Positions 48,366 through 58,693 of a DNA stretch of 64,000 bases are shown in pieces. The number at the start of each line of letters is the position of its first letter. The stretch's first letter is position 1. The DNA is from an uncultured bacterium (lineage in GTDB: Bacteria; Verrucomicrobiota; Verrucomicrobiia; Verrucomicrobiales; DEV007). The stretch spans positions 17,423 to 81,422 of the forward strand of contig CAXBMO010000029.1 in NCBI GenBank assembly GCA_963977015.1. The letters are read 5' to 3'. The notes under the pieces were generated by a model. That model searched no databases. It was not told the origin of the DNA and saw only the letters and a list, made by a program, of their open reading frames with translations. The position numbers and the translations under genes were made by a program.

Positions 48366-49868
48366 TCATTTCAACTGCAACGCTTTGGCGCTGGAGAGAC
48401 GACCGGTTTTAGTCATGGCGCGGACGGTGACGGCTCCGGGAGTGCCACGGAAGGTGAATTGATTGGCGGCGATGGGAAGGATGCGTTCGACCCGCCAGGA
48501 TTTGGATTTGGTGGGGCGGGCTTGGACGATCCACCAACGGAGGTCGTCGGTGTTGGTGGTGGCTCTCCACGTGAGGGTGGTGTTGCCGCCTTCAATGCGG
48601 CTGCTGACCGTCGGTGAGGCGGGGGATTTGCTGGAGAGCCAGGGGGAATCGGGGACGAGGGAGATTTGCGAGTAGGTGGAGCTGGAAAGACGGTTGCGGA
48701 TTCCGTCGCGGTCCTGTTGCAGGGCTTTGAAGCTCCAGTGGATGTGACCGGTGCCGGCTTTGGTGGCGGCGTGTTTGCGCGTGAGGTCGATTTGGTTGGT
48801 GATCTCGCGCGAGGTGCGTTTGCGGTCCGTGGAGCTTTTGATGCGCTCGGTGGCGACGCCGGGCCAGAGGTGGCGTTGCTGGGAGTTTTGGTCGCCCCAC
48901 CATTTGATGAGCGTGGAGAAGCTTTGCGGCTTTTGGTCGATGCTCCAGTAGAGTTGGGGGGAGAGGTAGTCGACCCAACCCTGGCGCAACCAGGTACGGG
49001 AGTCGGCGGCCATGTGCTCAAAGGCGTCGGCGCCGGCTTCGATGGTGCGGGGGACGCCGGGACGCCAGATGCCGAACGGGCTGATGCCGAATTTGACGTG
49101 CGACTTTTCCTTCTTGATGGAGCGGTGGAGGCGTTGGACGAGGGTGTTGACGTTGTCGCGCCGCCATTCGGTGACGGCCATGCGTCCCCCGCTGGATCTG
49201 TAGGCGTTGTAGGCGGCGGAGTCGTTGAAGATGATTTTGCCACCAACGGGGTAGGGGTAGAAGTAGTCGTCGATGTGGATGCCGTCGACGTCGTAGCGTT
49301 TGGTGACGTCAACCATGACCTGGACGGCGCGGTCCTGAACCGGTTTGTGCGCGGGGTTGAGCCAGAGTTGGCTGCCCGCCGTCATGAGGTATTGCGGATG
49401 GGTTTTGCTGATGTGGGTGGAAGCAGCAGAGACTTTTTGATTGGCGCGGGCGCGGTAGGGGTTGAACCAGGCGTGAACTTCAAGGCCGCGTTTGTGGGCT
49501 TCCCGGATCGTGAAGTCGAGCGGGTCGTAGCCGTCGGAGGGGGCGCGGCCTTGCTTGCCGGTGAGCCAGTGGGACCAGGGTTCGATGCTGGAGTGGTAAA
49601 GGGCGTCGGCGGCGGGGCGGACCTGAAAGATGACGGCGTTCATCCTGAGCTGTTGGGTAAGGTCGAGGAGGGCAACCATTTCGGCGCGTTGCTGGGCGGG
49701 GGAGAGCCCGGCGCGGGAGGGCCAGTCGATGTTCCAGACGGTGGCGATCCAGGCGGCGCGGAATTCGCGAATTGGCTCGGGGACGTCTTCGCGAGAGGCG
49801 ACGTAGGGGCCGGTTTGTGCGCTGAGGGAGGCGCACGTCCAAAGCAAAGCAAAGGCGAGGAGTTTCAT
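48366..49868 (-). CDS. Glycoside hydrolase-like family 10 (GHL10/YddW-like) protein
   Basis: EFRAAWIATVWNIDWPS, FQVRP, HAWFNPYR, DGIHIDDYFYPY, GISPFG, DYLSPQLYW. Confidence 0.9.
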   Translation of the reverse strand: MKLLAFALLWTCASLSAQTGPYVASREDVPEPIREFRAAWIATVWNIDWPSRAGLSPAQQRAEMVALLDLTQQLRMNAVIFQVRPAADALYHSSIEPWSHWLTGKQGRAPSDGYDPLDFTIREAHKRGLEVHAWFNPYRARANQKVSAASTHISKTHPQYLMTAGSQLWLNPAHKPVQDRAVQVMVDVTKRYDVDGIHIDDYFYPYPVGGKIIFNDSAAYNAYRSSGGRMAVTEWRRDNVNTLVQRLHRSIKKEKSHVKFGISPFGIWRPGVPRTIEAGADAFEHMAADSRTWLRQGWVDYLSPQLYWSIDQKPQSFSTLIKWWGDQNSQQRHLWPGVATERIKSSTDRKRTSREITNQIDLTRKHAATKAGTGHIHWSFKALQQDRDGIRNRLSSSTYSQISLVPDSPWLSSKSPASPTVSSRIEGGNTTLTWRATTNTDDLRWWIVQARPTKSKSWRVERILPIAANQFTFRGTPGAVTVRAMTKTGRLSSAKALQLK

Positions 49869-49991
49869 TGGGGGATTTTGGACGGTTCTGACAGGATTTC
49901 CATTGTTTTGATGCCTGGTTAGGAGTTTGAAGTTTTGGTTGCTCTAACCAACAACTGGGAAATGTTCCTCCCCAATCAGCCCCTTTCAGTA

Positions 49992-50906
49992 ATGACAAAA
50001 ATTCTCCGCCCGACGTTGTGTTTGTGCCTTTTGGCGTTGGTTTCCTGCAATGACACTGACAAAGCCGCTGTCTCCAAGGGCAGTGGCAAGCCCCAGGTTC
50101 AGGTTTCCAATTATCCGTTGCAGTACTTTGCTCAGCGCATTGGCGGAGACTTGATTGAGGTGAAGTTTGGTGCGCCGGGAGATGGTGATCCAGCTTTTTG
50201 GGAGCCGGGGGATGATGATGTGGCGGCGTTTCAGGATGCGGATCTGATTCTGTTGAACGGTGCGACGTATGAAAAGTGGCGCGATCACGTGAGCTTGCCG
50301 GAATCGGTGGTGGTGGATACGTCGGCGGCGTTGGGCGACCAACTGATTGAGATCAAGGAGGCGGCGACGCACAGTCACGGGAACGAAGGGGAACATTCCC
50401 ATGCGGGAATCGCGTTTACGACGTGGATGGATTTTGGTCAGGCGAAGTTGCAGGCAAAGGCGGTTCTGGAAGCCTTGCAGGGAATTCTCCCGAGTGAGGA
50501 CGAGACGCTTTCCGAGAATTATTCCGCGCTGTTGGCGGATTTGGTGAAGCTGGAAGGGACGATGAAGCTGGCCGCTGAAGGAATCGGCGAAACCCCGCTT
50601 TTTGCTTCTCATCCGGTTTACCAATACTGGGCGCGAGGCTACGATTTGAAGGTTGAGGAGGTGTTGTGGGAGCCCGAGGTGGTTCCGACCGAGGATCAGT
50701 TGACGGAGCTGTCGCACCTGCGGGATTTTCATGAAGCCGGCTGGATGATTTGGGAAGGCGAGCCCGCGGCCGAGTCGGTTTCGAAACTGGAGGAAATGGG
50801 GATCAAAAGTGTGGTCTATGACCCTTGCGGCAACGTTCCGGATTCCGGGGATTGGCTGAGTGTGATGTATCAGAATTTGGAAAATCTGGCCGCGATCGTT
50901 CCCTGA
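49992..50906 (+). CDS. Cluster A-I (ZnuA/TroA-like) metal-binding lipoprotein
   Basis: Lipobox LVSC; NYPLQYFAQRIGG, ADLILLNGATYE, His-rich loop THSHGNEGEHSH, SHPVYQY. Confidence 0.85.
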   Translation: MTKILRPTLCLCLLALVSCNDTDKAAVSKGSGKPQVQVSNYPLQYFAQRIGGDLIEVKFGAPGDGDPAFWEPGDDDVAAFQDADLILLNGATYEKWRDHVSLPESVVVDTSAALGDQLIEIKEAATHSHGNEGEHSHAGIAFTTWMDFGQAKLQAKAVLEALQGILPSEDETLSENYSALLADLVKLEGTMKLAAEGIGETPLFASHPVYQYWARGYDLKVEEVLWEPEVVPTEDQLTELSHLRDFHEAGWMIWEGEPAAESVSKLEEMGIKSVVYDPCGNVPDSGDWLSVMYQNLENLAAIVP

Positions 50907-50992
50907 GCCTCCAAAGTTGATGCTTGCGCTCACCGAGTGGCTAAGGCATCTTTTGGACTGGTCCAAAGTCGGTAATTGCCCCCCGGCTCTTC

Positions 50993-53443
50993 ATGGCAGA
51001 TTCAAAACAACCTCCTTTGGGTGATATTCCCTCACCCGATCAAATTCACGATGTCGACTCCGCGTTGGAGGCCCTCCGCGATATGGAGGCTCTCTACTCT
51101 TCGTTGGTGAACAATTTGCCGGTTTTTGTGATTCGCAAAGACTTGGATGGGCGCATTACGTTTGCGAATCAGCCGTTCTGCGAACTCCTGGGGTTGGATT
51201 GTTCAGAAATCGTCGGCAAGACCGACTTCGACCTCTACCCGAAGCCCCTCGCGAAGCGGTATCAGGAAGCGGACAAAAAGGTGATGGAGTCCGGCAAGGT
51301 CTTCAAGGGAATCGAGGACAACAAGACCACGGGGGGAACGATTTACGCGGAGGTGATCAAGTGCCCGCTCTATGACCACGAAGGTAAGCTGATCGGATTG
51401 CAGATTGTGTTTTGGGACGTCACCGAACGTCAGGAGGCCGAGGAGTTGATCGCCGAGAAACAGGAAGCTCTTCAAGCCGCGAAAGATTCCGCGGAAGAGG
51501 CCAGCCGAAGCAAGAGCGAGTTTCTGGCCAACATGAGTCACGAAATTCGCACGCCGATGAATGGGATCATTGGTATGACGGAAGTGATGCTGAATACCGA
51601 TTTGAACAACCAGCAGCGCGAGTATGCGATGTTGATTCATCAATCGGCCGATTCCCTGCTCGGGCTTCTCAACGACATTCTGGACTTCTCGAAGATTGAA
51701 GCCGGCAAGTTGAGGCTTGATCCGCATCCCTTTCATCTCCGGGATGCGATTGGGGACACGTTGCAAACGATGGCGACTCGTGCCGCGGAGAAGAACCTGG
51801 AGCTGGCATACCATATTCCATCCGAAGTCCCGGATCGCCTGCTTGGGGACTTGGGGCGCCTTCGTCAGATTCTCATCAACCTGGTCGGGAATGCGATCAA
51901 GTTTACCGTGGAAGGGGAAATCGTGGTCGATGTGAGCCAGACGGCTGCAGAGGGCGAGAACGATGAGAAGGTGGAACTGACGTTTTCCGTGCGCGATACC
52001 GGGATTGGCATCAAGAAGGAGAATCTGGGCACCATCTTTGATCCGTTCACCCAGGCTGATAGTTCCACGACCCGGAGTTTCGGCGGGACCGGCCTCGGGT
52101 TGGCGATTTGCGATCAACTGGCGAATATCATGGGCGGTAGGTTATGGGTCGAAAGTGAACACGGCCGGGGCTCCACCTTTTATTTCTCTGTCAGGGTTCG
52201 TCGCGATCACAAATCTCAGCGCACGTTGCCGACGCCATCGGAGTTGGAGACGCTCCATGCCCTGCCGGTATTGGTGGTTGATGACAATGAAACGAACCGG
52301 AAGATCCTGGAAGAGATCCTGCGAAATTGGGGAATGAAGCCGATTCTCGCATCCGGAGCGGAGGAGGCGCTGGAAATTCTGGATCAATCCACCAAGTCAG
52401 GGCAGCACATTCCCATTGCGGCGATCGATTTGATGATGCCGAAAGTGGATGGCATGGAATTGGCCCGCAGGATTCAATCCCGCAAGTCTACCCCGCGCCC
52501 CCGCGTCGTCATGCTGACGTCATCGGCGAACCCGCCGACCAGCACGGAGCGCCGCGCTGCGGGAGTGCATCGCTGCCTTACCAAACCGGTCAAGCAGAGT
52601 GATCTTTTTGATGCGATCACGGAAGTGCTGGGAGTGGCGGCAGCCGATCCGGCTCGTGACGCCGTCATCGTCTCCAGTCCGTTGGATCCCCCGATTCGCA
52701 GGCTTCGCGTTATGTTGGCGGAAGACGGTCGAATCAATCAGGAAGTGGCCATCAACATGCTGACGCAACGTGGGCACGAAGTCGTTCTGGTGGAGAACGG
52801 GCTTGAGGCCGTCAAACGGCTGGAAACCGACACCGTCGGTTTTGACGCGATTCTCATGGATGTGCAGATGCCGGTGATGAATGGCTATGAAGCGACTCAG
52901 GCGATCCGGGAACGCGGCATCGACATTCCGATCATTGCGATGACGGCGAACGCCATGAAAGGCGATCGCGAAAAATGTCTCGATGCCGGGATGGACGAAT
53001 ACATCCCCAAACCGGTCCGGTCTCGGGAGTTGTTTCGCGTGTTGGAACGCAAAGTTTCCGGAGGAGAAGAGGATCATGATAGTGCCAGTGAGGATTTTGA
53101 TGCTCAAGAGTTTTTGAACCAGTTGGGAGATCGGAAGCTCGCCCAAAAGTTGATCGGCTTCTTTTTTGAAGATGCTGCGGCCAGTATTGAGCAAATCCAG
53201 TCCGCCTTTGATGCGGAGGACTGTGATGCGCTTCATGCCGCCGCTCACTCGCTCAAGGGGATGCTGGGCAATTTCCCGGGGGCAGTCGCCCATCGTTACG
53301 CCACGGAGTTGGATGACGAGGCGAAGACAGGAAATCTGGAAGGAGCCAGAAAGCGGATGCCTGCCTTGAAGCAGAGCATTGAACTGTTGACCCAGTCTTT
53401 GCGTCGATTGGAAGAAGAGTTGAAGACGTCGAACAAATCCTGA
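50993..53443 (+). CDS. Hybrid sensor histidine kinase (PAS-HisKA-HATPase-REC-REC-Hpt), cytoplasmic
   Basis: PAS (FANQPF...GKTDFDL), FLANMSHEIRTPMN, NLVGNAIKFT, DTGIG, GGTGLGL, two receivers (VVDD...DLMMP; LAED...MDVQMP), AHSLKG. Confidence 0.95.
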   Translation: MADSKQPPLGDIPSPDQIHDVDSALEALRDMEALYSSLVNNLPVFVIRKDLDGRITFANQPFCELLGLDCSEIVGKTDFDLYPKPLAKRYQEADKKVMESGKVFKGIEDNKTTGGTIYAEVIKCPLYDHEGKLIGLQIVFWDVTERQEAEELIAEKQEALQAAKDSAEEASRSKSEFLANMSHEIRTPMNGIIGMTEVMLNTDLNNQQREYAMLIHQSADSLLGLLNDILDFSKIEAGKLRLDPHPFHLRDAIGDTLQTMATRAAEKNLELAYHIPSEVPDRLLGDLGRLRQILINLVGNAIKFTVEGEIVVDVSQTAAEGENDEKVELTFSVRDTGIGIKKENLGTIFDPFTQADSSTTRSFGGTGLGLAICDQLANIMGGRLWVESEHGRGSTFYFSVRVRRDHKSQRTLPTPSELETLHALPVLVVDDNETNRKILEEILRNWGMKPILASGAEEALEILDQSTKSGQHIPIAAIDLMMPKVDGMELARRIQSRKSTPRPRVVMLTSSANPPTSTERRAAGVHRCLTKPVKQSDLFDAITEVLGVAAADPARDAVIVSSPLDPPIRRLRVMLAEDGRINQEVAINMLTQRGHEVVLVENGLEAVKRLETDTVGFDAILMDVQMPVMNGYEATQAIRERGIDIPIIAMTANAMKGDREKCLDAGMDEYIPKPVRSRELFRVLERKVSGGEEDHDSASEDFDAQEFLNQLGDRKLAQKLIGFFFEDAAASIEQIQSAFDAEDCDALHAAAHSLKGMLGNFPGAVAHRYATELDDEAKTGNLEGARKRMPALKQSIELLTQSLRRLEEELKTSNKS

Positions 53444-54615
53444 TGAAAATCCTCGTTGCGGAAGACGACCGCCTCACCAGAACCAAGATCGAGTCCTACC
53501 TCATCGAGTGGGGACATGAGCCTGTGGTCGTCAGCAACGGTGCCGAGGCGTGGAAACTTCTGCAGAATGAAGACTTCCCCCTCATTCTTTCAGATTGGCA
53601 GATGCCGGAGATGGATGGTGTGGAATTGCTGCTGCAACTGCGCGGGCAGAGCAATCCGCCCGGAGGGTATCGCTATGCGATTCTGCTGACCAGCAGGTCC
53701 GACAAGGCCGACCTGGTTCGTGGAATGGATGCCGGTGCCGACGACTTCATCACCAAGCCTTTCGACAAGGACGAGCTGCGGGTGCGAATTCGCGCGGGGG
53801 AGCGGACCGTGCGCCTCGAACGCGAACTCGATGCCAAGAATGCAACGCTCAAGATATCCAACGATCGCATGAGAAAAACGCTCGAAGCGGCGACCAAGGT
53901 CCAGGCTTCGTTCCTGCCGACTCATGAGATCGATCCCAGGGTGCGCTACGCCTTTCATTATCTGCCCTGCGAAGAGTTGGCCGGCGATATGCTCAATGTC
54001 GTTCCGCTCGCCGAGCACTATGTCGGCGCCTACCTGATCGACGTGAGCGGACATGGCGCTGCGGCCTCCCTGCTTTCGGTCCAGGTCAGCCGCGAACTCA
54101 CGGCGCGCGATGCCGAGTTGCTTCGCGGCGGCAAAACCGGCCCCATCACCTCTCCGGAGGCTGTCGCGGCAGAACTCAATGCCCGCTTTCCCTGGGATCC
54201 TTCCACCCAGCAGTATTTCACCTTTCTTTATGGAATTCTGGACCTTCGAAACGGCAAGTTTGTCTACACCTCCGCCGGTCATCCTGGTCCCATTATCGAA
54301 TCTGGTGAAAAGAGCAAGATTTTGAAAGCCAATCCCCCGGCCATTGGAATCGTGCCCAACGCCAAATACGAAAAGGAGGAGCTTCAGCTCGAGCCGGGCG
54401 ATCGAATTCACCTCTACTCCGATGGTTTGTTCGAGATCCGGAATGATGAGGGAGAAGAATTTGGGGAGGAAAGGCTCGCTCAGACGTTTGTCGATCAACG
54501 TTCCGATGAGCTTGAAGAAGCGGTGGAACGGACCGTCTACCTGGCCGGGGATTGGACGAAGAACCATTTGGATGACGACGTGTCCGTTTTGAGCTTGGAA
54601 TACGTCGGGCCATAG
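53443..54615 (+). CDS. Response regulator fused to SpoIIE/PP2C phosphatase (RsbU-like)
   Basis: LVAEDD...SDWQMP...KPF; LAGD, DVSGHG, SAGHP, YSDG, DDDVS. Overlaps the kinase stop (TGATG). Confidence 0.93.
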   Translation: MKILVAEDDRLTRTKIESYLIEWGHEPVVVSNGAEAWKLLQNEDFPLILSDWQMPEMDGVELLLQLRGQSNPPGGYRYAILLTSRSDKADLVRGMDAGADDFITKPFDKDELRVRIRAGERTVRLERELDAKNATLKISNDRMRKTLEAATKVQASFLPTHEIDPRVRYAFHYLPCEELAGDMLNVVPLAEHYVGAYLIDVSGHGAAASLLSVQVSRELTARDAELLRGGKTGPITSPEAVAAELNARFPWDPSTQQYFTFLYGILDLRNGKFVYTSAGHPGPIIESGEKSKILKANPPAIGIVPNAKYEKEELQLEPGDRIHLYSDGLFEIRNDEGEEFGEERLAQTFVDQRSDELEEAVERTVYLAGDWTKNHLDDDVSVLSLEYVGP

Positions 54616-54672
54616 GCCGATTTGCTTCGCAAGATTAAGCCTTGGGGTTCCGTGTAATGAACGTTGCGCGTC

Positions 54673-56970
54673 ATGAAACCCCATTGCGTCATTGCTGGCC
54701 TTATTGCCTTCCTCTTGAGCGTTGTTCATGGGGATACCCCGATCTCTGCCTCGGACCGGGCGTTTTTCGAGACGAAAATTCGTCCTGTCCTGGTCGAGTC
54801 CTGCTACGAATGCCATTCCGCTTCCTCTAAAAAGCTGGGCGGGAAACTCCTGCTTGATAGTCGGGAGGGCATTCTCAAGGGAGGCGAATCCGGGCCTGCG
54901 ATCAAGATTTCCGATCCGGCCAACAGCTTGTTCATGGATGCGCTTCATTGGAATGGCGACCTCGAGATGCCTCCCGAAGAGCCGCTGTCCGAGGCGGTTA
55001 TCCAGGATTTTGCGACCTGGATTGAAAAAGGCGCTCCAGATCCCCGTACCGCTTCGGTTCGCGTCGCCGACGCCGAGACGGAGGAGAGCGAAACGTCGCT
55101 GTGGTCCTTCCAACCCGTAGTCTCACCGTCCCCGCCGAAGGTTGAGGATGGCGATTGGCCGCTCGCGCCGTTGGATCATTTCGTCCTGGCCGGGATCGAG
55201 GAAGCGGGCTTGCGTCCGGCCCAGGATGCCTCTCCACGCGTTCTGATTCGGCGCCTTTCCTTCGATTTGACCGGCTTGCCTCCCCGATTTGAAGAGATTG
55301 AGGCATTCGTCGCGGAATATGAAACCCACCGAACCCAAGCCGTCGAAGCACTCGTGGATCGGTTGGTCAATTCGCCCCATTTTGGGGAACGCTGGGGACG
55401 CCATTGGCTGGATATCGCTCGCTATGGCGAATCGAATGGCAATGACGGGCTCAGCCGCAACCCCACGTTTCCGCACGCCTGGCGGTATCGGGACTACGTC
55501 ATTCAGGCGTTCAATCAGGATCTGCCCTATGATCGCTTCCTGACCGAGCAGATCGCCGGGGATCTGTTGCCTGCAGACACGCCGGAAGATCGGGATCGCT
55601 ACCGGATCGCGACCGGGTTTCTTGCGATGGGCGCCAAACCCGCCAAAGCGATGAACAACAATTTCGAGATGGATGTTGTCGCTGACCAGATTGATGTGAT
55701 CGGGCGTGGCGTCATGGGAATCAGCGTGGCCTGCGCTCGTTGCCATGATCACAAGACCGACCCCATTCCGACCAAGGATTACTACGCCCTCGCCGGCATT
55801 TTTACGAGCACCCAGACGATGTGGGGCGTCGCCGGAAATGAGAAGCTGACGGCGCCGCCGACGGATCTTCACGTCCTGGAGGCGGCCGAACCCATTCCTC
55901 CTCCCAAAGACTTTGTCGAAACCGTCCTGGTTCTCGAATCCAATACCGGCAAACCCAAGGCCATTCCCAAGTCGAAGTGGAAAGCCGGCACTCCGTTGGC
56001 GATGGGAGTTCGCGAGAAGAAAGAACCCGCCGATTGCAAAATCAATCTCAAGGGCGATGCCAAAAAACTGGGTGAAAGTGTTCCGCGCGGCTACCTCACC
56101 AACGTCTCCCTGCCCGATGCCCCTTCCGTCGATCCCCAGCAAAGCGGACGCCTGCAACTGTCGGAGTGGCTTACGCATCCGGATCACCCGCTCACCGCGC
56201 GGGTGATGGTCAACCGGATTTGGCTCCATCTTTTCGGAAGCGGGATTGTTCGCACGCCCGATGATTTCGGTGTCTACGGTGAACCGCCGATTCATCCGGA
56301 ATTGCTCGATCACCTCGCCGCGCGGTTCGTTGAAAAAGGTTGGTCAATCAAAGGGCTGATTCGGGAGATGGTGCTCAGTCGCACCTATCAACTGGCCAGT
56401 CAGGCGAGTCCGGAAGCCGTTGAGAAAGATCCGGAAAACCTGCTCCTCGCACGCCACAATCGACGACGGCTTGATGCCGAGGCGCTGCGCGATTCGATTC
56501 TGCGGGCGAGCGGAAGTCTCGACCTCACTCCGCCAATCGGCTCCCTGATCATGCATCGCGATATCCTCGTGAACCTGGCGGGAAATCTCCACCAGCCGAG
56601 TCGTCACCGCAGCGTGTATCTGTGTTACTTGAGAAACTCACCGCCACCGGATCTCGAGGCCTTTGACCTGCCTGATTTTCGCGAAGTCAAAAGCCAGCGG
56701 GAAGATACGATTCAAACGGGTCAGGCGCTGTTTCTCTACAACCATCCCCTCGTTCAGAACGAGGCGGCCAGTTTTGCCGGTTCGCTCACCGCATCGTCGG
56801 AACGCCAACGCATCCAGCAGGCCTACCAACGCGCCCTTGGCCGAATGCCCACCGATGCGGAAGTGGCCCGCGCCCACGCCTTTCTCAACGACTCCCCCAG
56901 TCAGGAAGCCGGCTGGCAATCCCTTTGTCAGGCACTTCTTGCCGCCAACGAATTTCGTTACATCGACTAA
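54673..56970 (+). CDS. PSD1/planctomycete cytochrome c domain protein (DUF1549/DUF1553)
   Basis: CYECH and [57 protein letters not shown]. Confidence 0.93.
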   Translation: MKPHCVIAGLIAFLLSVVHGDTPISASDRAFFETKIRPVLVESCYECHSASSKKLGGKLLLDSREGILKGGESGPAIKISDPANSLFMDALHWNGDLEMPPEEPLSEAVIQDFATWIEKGAPDPRTASVRVADAETEESETSLWSFQPVVSPSPPKVEDGDWPLAPLDHFVLAGIEEAGLRPAQDASPRVLIRRLSFDLTGLPPRFEEIEAFVAEYETHRTQAVEALVDRLVNSPHFGERWGRHWLDIARYGESNGNDGLSRNPTFPHAWRYRDYVIQAFNQDLPYDRFLTEQIAGDLLPADTPEDRDRYRIATGFLAMGAKPAKAMNNNFEMDVVADQIDVIGRGVMGISVACARCHDHKTDPIPTKDYYALAGIFTSTQTMWGVAGNEKLTAPPTDLHVLEAAEPIPPPKDFVETVLVLESNTGKPKAIPKSKWKAGTPLAMGVREKKEPADCKINLKGDAKKLGESVPRGYLTNVSLPDAPSVDPQQSGRLQLSEWLTHPDHPLTARVMVNRIWLHLFGSGIVRTPDDFGVYGEPPIHPELLDHLAARFVEKGWSIKGLIREMVLSRTYQLASQASPEAVEKDPENLLLARHNRRRLDAEALRDSILRASGSLDLTPPIGSLIMHRDILVNLAGNLHQPSRHRSVYLCYLRNSPPPDLEAFDLPDFREVKSQREDTIQTGQALFLYNHPLVQNEAASFAGSLTASSERQRIQQAYQRALGRMPTDAEVARAHAFLNDSPSQEAGWQSLCQALLAANEFRYID

Positions 56971-56986
56971 CTCGCCACGTTAAGCC

Positions 56987-58315
56987 ATGTTCTCTCCGTC
57001 CCGTAGATCTCTTCTTCAAAACACCGCATTCGGTTTCGGTTACCTTGCGCTTGCCGGGTTGACCCAGGGTGGTTTGCAGGAAAAACCCGCTCCAACTCAG
57101 GCCAAGGCCAAGCGCGTCATCTTTCTCTGCATGAGCGGTGGCCCCGCCCAATTGGATACCTTTGACTACAAACCGCAAACGGGCCAAAAACCCCACCCGG
57201 GAAGTGTCACCAAATTTCATCAGCATGGCGAAAGTGGGCTTTGGATTTCCGAACTGCTCCCCGAAACCGCGAAGCACGCCGACAAGCTCTGCATCCTCAA
57301 CGGCATGCACGCCGATACCGGCATCCACGCCCAGTCTTTCCTGCAGCTGCATACCGGCGATCGCTTGCGAAAGCGCCCCAGCCTCGGTTCCTGGATCAAC
57401 TACGGCCTCGGCACGGAAAACCAGAACCTGCCCGGGTTCATCAGCATGAATACCTCGCGCCCGGCCGTCTATTCCAGCGCCTTTCTCCCTTCCGTGTTCG
57501 GCGGCACGCCCATCGGTGGCAATGGCCAGAATATGTCCGAAGCCACCATCGCCAACGTCACCAGTCCCAAGCTTTCACCCCAGGAAAAACGGCGTCAGCT
57601 GGATTTGATCCAGGCGATGAATCGCGACCATGCCCAACTGCGGCCGTCCGATCAACGGCTTGAATCCGTCATCCAATCGATGGAACTCGGCTTTCGCATG
57701 CAGACCTCCGCGCCCGGCCTCCTCGACCTGAGTGACGAATCCCCCGCGACCCTCGAGCGCTATCGCGTTGGCCAACAGCAGGGCCCGGTCGGCACCTGCC
57801 GCATGTCGGATTTCGGCCGCCAATGTCTCCTCGCGCGGCGTTTTGCCGAAGCCGGCGTCCGCTTCATCGAAGTGAACCACGGCAGTTGGGACCAGCACAA
57901 AAACCATCGCCGAGACCTCAAAGCCAATTGCGAAGCCACCGACGCCCCCATCGCGGCCTTGCTCGAAGATCTGGAACAACGTGGCTTGCTTGAAGACACG
58001 CTCATCGTCTGGGGCGGTGAATTCGGACGACCCGGCCTGACGCCGGAGAACGGAAAAGACGAAACCGGTCACAACGCCAACGGCTTCACCTTCTGGTTGG
58101 CGGGCGGCGGCGTCAAAGCTGGTCACGTCCACGGCAAAACCAACGAAACCGGCTCCCGCGCCGTCGAAGGCAAAGTCCATTTCCGCGATCTCCACGCCAC
58201 CATTTTGCACGGCCTCGGCCTTTCCGCCGACCACCTGCAATTCTTCCACGGAGGCCGCACCCACCGCCTGACCGGGCCCGAAGGAGGCCGCGTTGTCACC
58301 GAAATCTTCGCCTGA
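56987..58315 (+). CDS. DUF1501 domain protein (Tat-exported)
   Basis: [44 protein letters not shown]. Confidence 0.92.
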   Translation: MFSPSRRSLLQNTAFGFGYLALAGLTQGGLQEKPAPTQAKAKRVIFLCMSGGPAQLDTFDYKPQTGQKPHPGSVTKFHQHGESGLWISELLPETAKHADKLCILNGMHADTGIHAQSFLQLHTGDRLRKRPSLGSWINYGLGTENQNLPGFISMNTSRPAVYSSAFLPSVFGGTPIGGNGQNMSEATIANVTSPKLSPQEKRRQLDLIQAMNRDHAQLRPSDQRLESVIQSMELGFRMQTSAPGLLDLSDESPATLERYRVGQQQGPVGTCRMSDFGRQCLLARRFAEAGVRFIEVNHGSWDQHKNHRRDLKANCEATDAPIAALLEDLEQRGLLEDTLIVWGGEFGRPGLTPENGKDETGHNANGFTFWLAGGGVKAGHVHGKTNETGSRAVEGKVHFRDLHATILHGLGLSADHLQFFHGGRTHRLTGPEGGRVVTEIFA

Positions 58316-58334
58316 AAATCCTCCAAATCGCGTT

Positions 58335-58362
58335 TTGATTTTTCGGAGGGCCGGTCGATAAT
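58335..58362 (+). promoter_or_regulatory. Putative sigma70 promoter for tRNA-Ile2
   Basis: TTGATT (58335-58340)-N16-GATAAT (58357-58362). Confidence 0.45.
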
Positions 58363-58392
58363 CCCCGTTCTCGAATCGGAAGGTTCCCTTTT

Positions 58393-58466
<74 letters not shown>

Positions 58467-58693
58467 CGTTCATAGTCAAAGGGTTACAAAAGTTTTGGTT
58501 GGGGAACAAAGTTTGCTCCGCCACTGATGATAGTGACTTTTTTTATCATTCGAGGCATTTGGGAGATGGGTTAGACTGGCTCAGACCGGAAAACCGGCTC
58601 TGAAGAGTAAAGTTTGAATCTCCAGCAAAGTTCCGCTTGAAGGGGATGGCCTTAGCCGATATTTAAGAAACTCGAACTTTTCCGAATCCTTTC

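Noticed and set aside
53590-55113. 507-aa minus-strand ORF (also 6791-8047, 40324-41784, 44915-46225, 46262-47653, 48666-49922)
   Set aside because: All are antisense shadows of well-supported genes.
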